Source of the DNA: Takakia lepidozioides
Lineage: Eukaryota > Plantae > Bryophyta
Length of the DNA stretch: 64,000 nucleotides
Assembly (NCBI GenBank): GCA_030704615.1
Contig: CM060731.1
Coordinates: forward strand, 29,512,001-29,576,000
Direction: 5' to 3'
Positions 11,829-23,292 of the stretch are shown one piece after another (position 1 is the first letter of the stretch; each line of letters begins with the position of its first letter). The notes beneath the pieces are model-generated. The model saw only the letters and a list, made by a program, of their open reading frames with translations, was not told the DNA's origin and did not search any database. The translations under genes were made by a program, and so were the position numbers.

Positions 11829-13409
11829 TTGGCGGCAAGGGAACGGCCACAAGGCGTTGAAGATGGCCAATTAGGGGGATTAGTCCCTAGGCGGGCAATT
11901 GCGCCGTTGATGGGGGGAGGGTTTGACAGCAAGGGGACCGCCACGTGGCCATGCGGTGTCATCCGCCCTTCATCGGACCGTCATCCATCCCTTGCGTGGG
12001 GAGGATGACGGGGGATGAGGGGCGGATGACCACATCATTAATTGTTTTTAAAGGTTGGATAGATGTGCAGGGATCAAGGGTTTGGGGGACCACCACATGG
12101 TGGCGAATGACCGGAGGGGGATCAACCGAGAGGGAAGCGGAGGGGAGGGGCATTGCGCCGTTGATGGGAGTGGGGAATCAACAGTTAGGGGACCGCCACG
12201 TGGCCCTTTGGTGTCATCTGTCGTTCATCCTATCCTCATCCATCCCCATTGCAGGCGGGTATCAACGGAGGGGACGTGGATGGCGCGGGGGAGCACGTGG
12301 CAGAATCCCCTGGGCTGGGGGATCAGTCCCTGTATGGGAGGGGGGATCAACGTAGGAGGAAGCGGAGGCGCGGGGGATGAACCCGTGGATGAGATGGGGG
12401 ATCGATGGGGGATCGATGGGGGCCTTCACGTAGGGTCTCGGCGATCGGGTCTCGGTGAATGTGGGCACGTAGGGGGGTTAGGGGAGCAGTCCCTGCTAGG
12501 CGAGGGGGTCGATATAGGGGGGATCTGGCGTTTCGAAGAGGTGGGGATCGACGATGGGGATCAATACGTGGTGGGAGATGGGGCGGTTGGGTTGGGGGGG
12601 GGGGGGGTTGTGGTGGCATATTGGCCTAACTCATAGCCCGGCCACACTGGATGCAAACGTCCTCCGGACGCACCTCTAGCATTGCGGGGCCTCGGCGCAT
12701 AGCGGTGCCAGAGCGTCCCGAGACGCTTGCCACAACGTCCGCTTGACGCATTTCGAAGTGGCGTCAAGCTTCACGTCCGTCCGAACGCACGTCCCGGGCC
12801 TGCGGTGCATACGAGATCATGAGAAGATAAAGTCTTTTCCAGATTAATAAAGACGCGGGCCGTTGGATGGGCCACGATCTCGACCACCCTTCCATAGGCC
12901 ACGTAGAGAACACAAACCGTGACGTTGGCTAGTGTGGCCGCGACACTGCGTCCGTCGACCTGCAACGTTGGCTGCGTCCAGTGTGGCCATGGTATCACCC
13001 TTCATCTCCTCCACTTAAGGCATAACTCTAATATGTACCCCAAGTTGTTCCAAAATTAGAAAAATCTGAAATCATGTCAGAAAAATCTGAAATTTTCAGG
13101 GCATGTGTCTTCCCTGGCAGGGTACAAGATTCTGGTTTGTGTCATGTCAAAAAACTTCACAACTGGGAAATTCGATAAGAAAAGCAGTGTTTTTTACCCC
13201 ATTGTAAATAAGAAATTTGTTTTTTGCCCAACTTTCCACATTATAATCTTGCAATCCGGCAGTTCGGACTTGTTTTGGTCATAGCTGGGGTAGGTAGGAA
13301 CATATTACAACGGTCAGGTTTACAGGACCTGAGGAAATCTCAAGATATAAATTGTTTAGTGGGGAAGGGTCAAGTTTTTGGGGGTGGACCCAAAAATTGG
13401 GGTTAGTCC
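11829..13409. mobile_element. Probable Mutator-like (MULE) remnant: GC-rich internal repeats and an AT-rich terminal arm
   Basis: Direct repeats attgcgccgttgatggg..ggggaccgccacgtggcc at ~11897 and ~12152. The end ..ggacccaaaaattggggttagtcc resembles a MULE TIR. No partner TIR or TSD was found. Confidence 0.35.
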
Positions 13410-16245
13410 TTTAGGGGTTAAAATACAAGCAAAACAAAGGATAGGACCAAACTCAAAATAGCACCAAAAGTAGAGTAAAACGAGTTTCATCTTGCATTTG
13501 ATTTTTGGCTTTCCTCTGGGGTACGTGGCGCAGCGTGAAACGAATTTTGATAGGATTTTTGGGTCCACAAGAATTAGCACCGCCCCCAACCAGCTTAGTC
13601 TATTGCCTAGGAAATTTGCAGTGCATATATATCTCCACAAGCTGGACAATGTGCAATGTACATTGAACTTTATGATGCCCGAACCAACCATATTGGCGCT
13701 ACAAATACCATCTAACATGATGTTTGCATCACCCACGACTCAAGCAACTGATCAGGACTCAATTACAACTAAGCATCTATCCAAATTGTTGTGTACTAGA
13801 ACACTAAGGGCAACACTGATGTCTCCAAAACAACATTTTTACAACATTCTCTTGGCAACCCTACATTAACTTCCATGCCAGTTCACAAGGCAAATCAGTC
13901 CAAGGCTGAGGCTTCCCCGTTTGTGATTTGGGCAAAGGTCCTCACCACTAACATCGTTGTATCATATTAAAAAACAATAAGCTATTACTGTCTTATTTTA
14001 AGAAAATCAAGATAAATCAAATAGGCCTACTGATCAATATATGTACACCAGCTACTTTGAGCTTTAGGAACATATGAATTAGCGAAAGATGCTGCAAAGT
14101 GGAAGTAAATCTAGTCTAAAGGTAGCACAGACACATGGTTAGGGCTTTTAGCTTCCAGAGGGAAGCTTTGAAGTATCTACAAATAGTCAGTTTACATAAC
14201 AACTGTGCAAGTGCTCTTCAAGGGCACTCACTACTGCACCTTGTTTGTCAAGCTCAACACCAACAGCCTCTAAATTGAGAAACTTTGTGTTGGGCTTCCT
14301 GCCTGCATTCATACCAAAATCCAACCTAGGATGAGATTATGTGCATCCATAATAAAACATGGGATACCCAAATTCTTGAAAGAAAATCTTACCTTGCAAA
14401 CAAGACTGCATCTGCTACAAATTCGTCACCTTTGTCAGTATACGCCTTGATGCCACCTTCCACTTTTTCAAGCTGAACATAATAACCACAAAAGCAATGG
14501 TCTCAAGTTCCTCTTCTCCACTAATGTAGCCAGTATCAACAGTACTGCAAACAAGCATCACTGTGCAAGGGCCAGAGGTAAGTATTAGAAGAAAGATAGT
14601 GGACAAAAGGCTATCAAACGTTGTTGTCTTTAGTGTGATTTGGGTCCAATAATGTGTCCCTAAGGGTAAGGCATGGGAAAATAATAAATTCCGTTAAAAG
14701 CAAACTAAATGGACAATCCCTTCATCTGACACCCACTATAAAAGCCCCAACATAACCCCTAAATGCTGAGCTAACCCAGTAGTTTCCTCAGGTTAACCCC
14801 ATGGTCACACATCCTCAGGTCACACATCCTCTCACCTGGGTTTGTGGATTCATGCACGAGTAAGACTGGCAAACAAAAGAAGATAAATTCCGACCTTTGT
14901 AATATTTACACCGGGGTGACATTTGATGCCTCGGCCCTCCAAGTTGCGAGCTACAACAGATCTCATTTCCTCGTCAAAACCCCTGCACAGAAGTCACTTA
15001 CAGGGTTATCAATTCAAACGACCAATTCATCCGTGAGTCCCTTGCGTGCATTGTCCACTCCAGCATGGAAGGATCAAGCGTTGCTAGCTGAAGTTCACCA
15101 ACACAGACAGGACCTTGCAAGTCACCTCCAACCCTGATCACACAGACAGGGACACTTATAGCTACAAAATACAAAATCAATCTCTCCACTTACGTCAAAG
15201 GAAGAGGCTTCCTGTAGAACAAGTCCACCTCAGCTCCCATGCCATTATAGATACCCGCAAACTCTACAGCGATGTACCTATTCCACACACCACCATATCA
15301 ATCCCTCCATCATTCAGCTTCAGAATAGGAAAAGATGGAACTGCTGCATCCAACACCTTCCTCCATTTCACAGGAGCCACAACTTAATGAACAGAACTGC
15401 TCTTCATTTCCTCCGTGATTTAACTATGAACAATTTGGCCATCACCATTTGCTAATCATACCCATGCACTGCAACTTACAACATACAGCAGCTGCTTGAG
15501 GCATTGGCTTCGTAAAATCTCTTTATTCAGAAGATTGGCTGCCTGCTGCAGCTGGAGGTGCCTGCACCTATGACTAGGTGTCAACCCTACTGTTTTGGTC
15601 AGCCATAGGTAACTTTTATCCCGAGGCGCGAGTGAAAGAGGGTACGATCCCACTACCTGCAAGTGTCTTCTGGGTCTCCCCTTTCCTGTTGTGACTTTGC
15701 TCCCCCTCTCAATGGAAGCCTCAACAGCAGCTAGGAAATCAGGACAAGCTACATACTGAGCTACGTACTGAAGATTGTACCGCAGGGTACGAAATACACT
15801 TATATGTGACATGTGTTTTATAGATTTCAAACAAAAGCATACACTTTCTGCTACAAACAGACAATATAATCATATAAGTGCAAGGAAGACTCCACACACA
15901 ATCTAAAGGTAACTGATGATAGGGAAAATAGATCACAATACATGATCAATGAAAAGACACAGACGAACCTTATAGGGTAGCACTAAACAGCGATTAACAA
16001 AAGCAGAGAACAATTTCACTGCAGCCTTTAAACTTAGTGAGTCAGTCTCCAGCATACATACACATAAGCCAGACCTATGTAACTGTCATCCATGGCTGCT
16101 GACAAACATCAACGTCTAGGATACTTACTGAAAAGCACAAAACATCACATCCAATATTGGACTCACTAGAAACCTGCATCCAAAAATGTTATCTTTAACA
16201 TTGTGCTGTCAAAAATTAATGGCACGTGAGGTAACAACGCCATAC

Positions 16246-18211
16246 CAGGGAGGGGATGGTAAGGTACTGGTGGCCATCCCAGCTGACCACGGAGGGTGAT
16301 GATGAGAAAAAGCTCAACCCCATCTCCCATCGCAGCCACGCTTGCGCCTGCATGCCACCACCTCCTTCTAGGACATTGTAACACTTATAAATTACAAATA
16401 ACCCATCTGGCTTGTGTGTGGGAAAGAGAATGTACTCATGAGACATTGTTTGCCATAGCCTTGTGGCCGTCCCCCCAGTCTGGGCGGAACAAGAGCAAAC
16501 CTTTGTGAGGGACCTACTCCAGTAGTGGGAACTACCTTGGTATAAGCAATTGCTTCGCGCTTTCCAGATATCTCTAGAAAGCCCTTCACACAAGCATCAA
16601 TCTGCTGTGTGTGACCCAGCCCAACAGGGCCGCTTTAGGCTCAGCCTCGAGATTTTGAAAGATGGTGAACAGAGGTGCAGGGACTGTATTCTTGATGGTC
16701 CTGACACGGGTCGCTCTCTGATGGGAATACCCCGGACATTGTATCAGAAAATGGGCTTGACAATCTCCCTCTCCTCTCTGCATCTTTTCAAGAAAGAGAG
16801 TTAGCAATTTTGTGTGTCAAATTGTTGTACAAGGAAGAACAAGCTCATGTGAAATGTGATGGGACATACAGCTTGTTGTTGGGTTGAAGAGTCTGTAGAT
16901 GTTAGGCGCTGGTAAAATGCAGAGAAAACATTCTGCTGCTCAGATGGATCTAGAACAGACAACAGCTGTTCCCACCCAAATGGATACAGTGCATTTGCAC
17001 CCTGCCCAAACATGCCACCATCCCCACCACGCCATATTACTGGACAAAATGACTTGCATAGCTGACCCACATGATTCTTCACACACGAAAAACATGTTGC
17101 AACCTCTTTGAAAGAATTGTCAGCTAGTGACCATCACCCCACAACTTTTTGGTCTCCTCAGCCTACTCCAACTACCCATCATCGGAACCTACCTAGCTGC
17201 TCGCTGGCTGACTGGAAAACCAGCTAGATTGTCCCTCTCTCCTCTCACTCCGATTGGATTACAGAGGAGTGACCTGCATATAGAACCAATCAATCTCTCG
17301 TGGTCGTAGCAAGCATACGCCTCGTAAAATTAGGGCAGCCACTGCATCTGGGTGGGCTTGAGTATATGATAGTGCCAGTGTCACTCCCCAGGATCCTCCC
17401 ATCACCATCCATCTGCATTCATCTCACCGTTCAGATCAGGGTTCTCCTCCACACAAACTGTTGGTAAGGAGCACATACTGTTAACCTTCATGTGAAATAA
17501 TGTGCCATGCAAGACCAAGTGAGCTCCTATCTTGATCCCAATCTCCAACACCTTTATTGGACACCATGCAGCCACATTTTGGCCATGTTGAATGAAGACA
17601 CAGGAACAGCTAACGGGTGCACTCTATCAGAAACACTTATTTGCAGAGCATAGGTTCCTGCATGCTCTCCAGCAATCCAGCAGTACTCCATTCAAGCCCA
17701 TCCCATGGCTTCCCAACAATAATCCGTGAGCAGCAGACATGCTACAAATTCAAGAGTTGGCTAAGCCCTCTATACCAACTTGTAGTACAACAAGTTTGAC
17801 AACAGACTTGCTACAATTTTAAGACTCGACTAAGCCTTCATACTACATGCCGTAGGACATGTTTGGCAGATGTTGTGCCCGTGTCCAAATATAAAGCAAT
17901 ATTCATTATTCAGTACTTGAAGGGGGAGAGAGAGGCAGGTGCTGGAGGGAGGAGAGATAGAGGAACATGCATTGAGTGTTCCCTGTGAAAGTCGGGCATG
18001 AAAAACCCATGAGGACAATCCTCACAAAATAGTAACTCATCTGAGCTGGTCATGCAATTTTCACCCACTAGGGTATGAAATCTGCTTGGAAGTAGTGCCA
18101 ATACAGTTCTTGTAGAAGTCAATCAAGGGCTGGCAACAACATCATACTAGAAAAGATCAGTCCATCCAGTGCTGCTTTGGTATATCTTGACAAGACCCTA
18201 TGTGCCTTTTG

Positions 18212-18242
<31 letters not shown>

Positions 18243-18820
18243 AGATTACTTGGTTAGTCCTAGGTGCAGTCTGAGTTTCTCTATGTCAGCCACAAGATCC
18301 CAAGTTGTGTTCTCCTCGAGACACCCATGTGGGCTGGACTTCCCACACGCTCTCTGATCAAATAGCACAATTCGATAATGTTGTGGATCGAACAGGCGAG
18401 CATGCCTGTCTGAGCATCCAGCACCCTGGACCTCCATGAAGGACTGTTCCACAAGTGCATAGAACAACGTGTTACCTTCTGCATATAATCTCACATTTTT
18501 CACAGTGCAACAGACATAAAGGGTGCTTTGTGCAGAGTGTGTACAGTAATAGCACCACCTTACACCACCATAGATGAGAATAAGAATAAGATATAGACAG
18601 CCAGATCAACAATTGTGTGGTAGGATAAAATACAGAAAAAAAATAGGATCGCAAATTCGTCCAAGAAGAGAAGGACAGAAACACAGACCCAATTTTGAAG
18701 CACAAACTTACAAACGGCAGGCTTCCCTTGAGGATTCCCAAAGACCTCGTAGTAGATGGTGTGCAGTTTTGACACCTGTAAATGTCCCTGGCTTGTGATG
18801 CCAAATTGGGTAGAGAGTCC
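16246..18820 (-). pseudogene. PIP: Proline iminopeptidase pseudogene fragment nested in a GR intron
   Basis: Exons encode GHLQVSKLHTIYYEVFGNPQGKPAV; LHGGPG/AGCSDRHARLFDPQHYRIVLFDQRACGKS..LEENTTWDLVADIEKLR; WMVMGGSWGVTLALSYTQAHP..LILRG..EIDWFY; GANALYPFGWEQ..AFYQRLTS; AQAWLRWEM. Frameshifts at LYP and at GGPG. Confidence 0.88.
16400..16800 (-). mobile_element. Degenerate LINE 3' (zf-RVT-like) fragment in a PIP intron
   Basis: KRC..ERET and IWKARSN motifs, but heavily decayed. Confidence 0.35.
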
Positions 18821-19714
18821 ATAGACAGAGCAGATACATACCCTCCACCGACAACACCACTTTCTTGGGGAGGTCATCCAGTCTCAGACCCTCGTCTGAT
18901 GTAATGCCCAACTCCTGCACCCCACATATAAAAAATCAAGGTAGGCACATCCAGCTCACCAACATTCTAAGGGCGGAGCATTGAAGCCAACACATCTGAT
19001 CGCTACCACTGAGGACATGCACAACACAGTACATGGTATACGCACATCCCCAAACCCTCCATTCCACACACCTGCCGCGCATATAATGCAATTGCGCGGA
19101 TTTGACATACATAGCTCCAAAATTGGCGCCCTAGAGAAAGAGAGCCTATTCTTGCCTCTGCTAAGACTAGTTAGAGTGCCACCCTCCTTCACTCCTTTGC
19201 ATAATGGAGGTTAGGTAGCACGTGAGAACAAGGGCATATTCTCCAAATTTCCGAGAATTTTCCAGCGAAACGGAATTCGTGAAACTGATAATTTTGCGAA
19301 ACTAACACCTAAAGAACAAGTAGCCCCTGTACCCGATGAACATGTTACCCTATAAGCGTGGTTTTTTCTCACGTTGTGCTCACACGATATCAGGTCTTTT
19401 AAAGAATGGGTAGTGAGGCCTAACCTTAAATTTAAGATCATCACCCATGGATAATTTCGCACGACAAAACTCTGTACCAACCAACCTAAGAAGAAATCAC
19501 ACTGGAGCTGAAATGATGAATATGTCACTTTTAAAGGCCCTACCTATGTATATTTTTGCAGAGCGAAACTCTCTCCCCTAACAACTAGTATAATTATATA
19601 TTGAGATTTGCAGTGCGAAACTCTGATCTCTGAAGTGAAGTTGGGTAGCGTGCAGTTATGATGCTCACAAAAATGAAAAACATTCTTGAGATGCCCAGAG
19701 AAAATCGCACATAT

Positions 19715-21970
19715 TTTTGAACAAATACACTGTCAGACAAGAGTTTCGTGTTGAAAAACTCTTTTGTAACGACGAAGCAGTTCAAATCCCTCAATTGATA
19801 TATCTCAATATTGGTTCAACAGCATGCAAGTTTTCAAACAAGAACAATGTCAGACATGAGTTTCTTGTTGAGAAACTTTTTTGTTATAGGAAAGCAGTTC
19901 AATTCCCTCGATTCATATCCCTCCATATTGTCTCAAACATACTGATTTTTGAACAAATACACTATCAGACAAGAATTTCGTGTTGAAATATTCTTTTGTT
20001 ACGACCAAGCAGTTCAAACTCCTTAGTTTATATCCTTCCGAAAACATTTTCAGACAAGAGTTTCGTGTTGAGGAAATGATGCAGATTTTTGAACAAAACC
20101 CCTGTCAGACAAGAGTTTTGTATTGGGAAACTGTTTTATCACGGCAAATAGTTCAAGTCCCTCAGTCCATATCCCTCCATATTTGTTTGAAAGCATGCAG
20201 GATTTGAACAAAAACAATAATTAGAGAAGAGTTTCGTGTTGAGGAAATGATGCAGATTTTTGAACAAAACCCCTGTCAGACAAGAGTTTTGTATTGGGAA
20301 ACTGTTTTATCACGGCAAATAGTTCAAGTCCCTCAGTCCATATCCCTCCATATTTGTTTGAAAGCATGCAGGATTTGAACAAAAACAATAATTAGAGAAG
20401 AGTTTCGTGTTGAGAAACTATTTTGTTATGACGAAGCAATTCAAATCTCAAATCTCTCAAATCTTCAAATCTCTCAAACTCTTTTGTTTTGGGAAGCAAT
20501 TAAAATCTCTCAGTCCACGTCCCTCCATATTGGTTCAAAAACATGCAAGTTTTTTAACAAAAATATTGTCCGAGAAGAGTTTCGTGTTGAGAAACTCTTT
20601 TGTTATGGCGAAGCAATTCAAATCTCTCAGTCCACGTCCCTCCATATTGGTCCAAAACATGCAGGTTTTTGAACAAAAACACTGCTCGAGAAAAGTTTCG
20701 TGTTGAGAAATTTTTTTGTTATGGCGAAACAATTCAATTCTCTTAATCTACGTCCCTCCATATTGGTTGCGGATTTTTGAACAAAAATACTGTCTGAGAA
20801 GAGTTTCGTGTTGATAAACTCTTTTGTTTTGGCGAAGCAATTCAAATCTCTCGGTCCACGTCCATCCATATTGGTTCAAAAGCATGCTGGTTTTTGAACA
20901 AAAACACTGTCCGAGAAGAGTTTCGTATAGAAACTCTTTTGTTATGGTGAAGCAATTCAAATCCCTCAGTCCATTCCCCTCCATATTGGTTCAAAAACAT
21001 GCAAGTTTTTGAACAAAAACACTATCAGATAAGAGTTTCGTGTTGATAAACTTTTTTGTTATGGCGAAGCAATTCAAATCTCTTAGTCCACGTCCCTCCA
21101 TATTGGTTCAAAAACATGCATGTTTTTGCACAAAAACACTGTCATAGAAGAGTTTCGTGTTGAGAAACTCTTTTGTTATGGCGAAACATTCAAATCTCTC
21201 AGTCCAGATCTTTCCATATTTGTTCAAAACATGCAGGTTTTTGAACCAAAACATTGTTTAAAAAGAGTTTTGTGTTGAGAAACTCTTTTGTTTTGGCAAA
21301 GCAATTCAAATCTCTCAGTCCATGTCCCTCCATATTGGTTAAAAAACATGCAGGTTTTTGAACAAAAACACTGCCAGAGAAGAGTTTCGTGTTGAGAAAC
21401 TCTTGTACAGGTGAATAAGTTTACATCCCTCAGTTAATATCCATCCATATTGGTTCAAAAGCATGCATTGTTTTATGCATATTGAACCAAAACAATGTTA
21501 GACGAGAGTTTCGTACTGAGAAACTCTTTTGTCAAGGCGAAATAGTTCAAATCCCTCGGTTAGTATCATTCCTTATTGTTTCAAATGCATGCAGGTTTTT
21601 GAACAAAAACACGGTTAGAGAAGAGTTTCTTGTTGATAAACTCTTTTGCTATGCCGAACTAGCAGTTCATATCCATCCATCTAAAGCATGCAGATTCTTA
21701 AACCATAACACTGTCAGACAAGAGTTTCATATTGAAAAACTCTTTTTTTATGGCAAAGGAGTTCAAATCCCTCAGTTCGTATCCATCCATATTGTTTCAA
21801 AAGCAGGTTTTTATACACAACCACAGTCGGATAAAAATTTCGTGTCAGAAACTCTTTTGTTACGACGAAGTATTTCAAATCTTTTAGTTCATATCCCTCC
21901 ATATTTGTTCAAATGCATGTAGTGCTTTGAACAAATTCACTGACAGACAAGAGTTTCGTATTGAGAATTT
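19715..21970. repeat. ~121-bp tandem satellite, roughly 18-19 copies, each with an AAGAGTTTC-N7-GAAACTCTT hairpin
   Basis: Unit gaacaaaaacactgtccgagaagagtttcgtgttgagaaactcttttgttatggcgaagcaattcaaatctctcagtccacgtccctccatattggttcaaaaacatgcaggttttt. A 171-bp duplication is marked by unit starts at 20056, 20227 and 20398. Confidence 0.95.
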
Positions 21971-23292
21971 TTTTTCAATCTTTGAATTCATTACTAAAAA
22001 TTGTCGACATTGATGTTATCAAAGCGAAACAATCTCAAATCTCTCAGATTTCTGTGATAAAATTCATGGCACAAGAAGGAATATCCTGGTTTTATTGATG
22101 ATCTAAATGACAGATGTACATGTTAACTTCGTTCCTACAGGAAATTTCAGTAAGCGAAAGTATCATCATTTGTTATTCTATTTGTATTGTCATGTAAATC
22201 ATTTCAATCAACATTGCTATATTTTCTGCTTATTGTGTGTTTGGTGTTATTTTTGGACCAGGGAACAAATACATTTTCCGAGTTCTATTTAGCATCACAT
22301 TTCAATAGCATTAGAATTGTATTTTGTATCAACTACAACTATTTCATTTTCGTTCCTTGAAATTGTTGCGATATTTTTCTTTTAAGGCTCTCTTTCCTCA
22401 ATGCGAAAACCACCGTTGCTTAGGTTTGTGCCCATATCACCAAGTATTTCTCAATGCGAAACTCGCCGCCGCCGCTATAGGTTTAGGGTTTCTGGCTACA
22501 CTATTGAAGGTTTCGCCTCACTCGATTGGTGCAGATATACCGTATAAATGCATCGGTCCTCTATATCTGCTTATAATTTTATTCCATTCTGAAAACATGC
22601 AAGTCCTATGACCGAGGTTAAAAAATCATAAAACTCCCACGACCGTGGGTTGTGCTCACCCGTGCGTGAGCATGCTCACCGATGTGCCCACACGATACCA
22701 ACCCTGCATAATGATACTTTTGTGTGTAGAAGTTGCCGAGTGTTCTTCCCAATGGTTATGTTCAACTCTTCAATTTCAAGTGTTGAAAGTATACAATGGG
22801 GAACAACAATTCTGATTTCCACCTGTTTTACATGGCAGATAAGTTAGCAACCACAACCGTAATTGTGCTGCATTCTATATATAAGCTACAGCTTGCTTAC
22901 CAAGCTGTACTCTCTATACTTTCTTTCCAACACACATAACATGTAACGATATAACCACCTTAGGTCCCCTCTCCAGTTTGTAAGAAGCTGCAAGTGTTCA
23001 GCAACTATGCAGACTGAGTTGATGTTTTAGGTAGCTGGCAGGTGAACTACGGAGCACTTAGTATATCCTCACAGTGGAGGGCCACGTGAGCATGCGGTCA
23101 GACAGTGAGAGCAACGTGTGAGCGGGAGGGAGGCGGGCATACTGTGTGCTATCCAGTGGGGATTAGGCGGTGGGTGTATGTGTTGCTTGTAGGGAATTTG
23201 GGGTCGGGTGCCTTGCGCTTTCCGATTTGTGTGAGCGACAGTGTGGTGGTGGATTGGGAGCTGGAAGGGGGCTGCGGAGGCACCCAGTAGTG

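Larger units (their letters stand above)
14232..18914 (-). pseudogene. GR: Cytosolic glutathione reductase pseudogene fragment (5 internal exons)
   Basis: Exons: 18914-18842 ELGITSDEGLRLDDLPKK(VVVGG); 15277-15194 [28 protein letters not shown]; 14982-14895 [23 protein letters not shown]; 14472-14393 LEKVEGGIKAYTDKGDEFVADAVLFA; 14302-14232 GRKPNTKFLNLEAVGVELDKQGAV. GT-AG borders. Frameshifts in the first and fourth exons. Confidence 0.85.

Noticed and set aside
11636-12998. Numerous Gly/Pro-rich ORFs
   Set aside because: They are by-products of GC-rich repeats with no recognisable domain.
19715-21970. CRISPR array or coding repeat (many short ORFs)
   Set aside because: Whole units including the 'spacers' are homologous and the frames are interrupted; it is a satellite.
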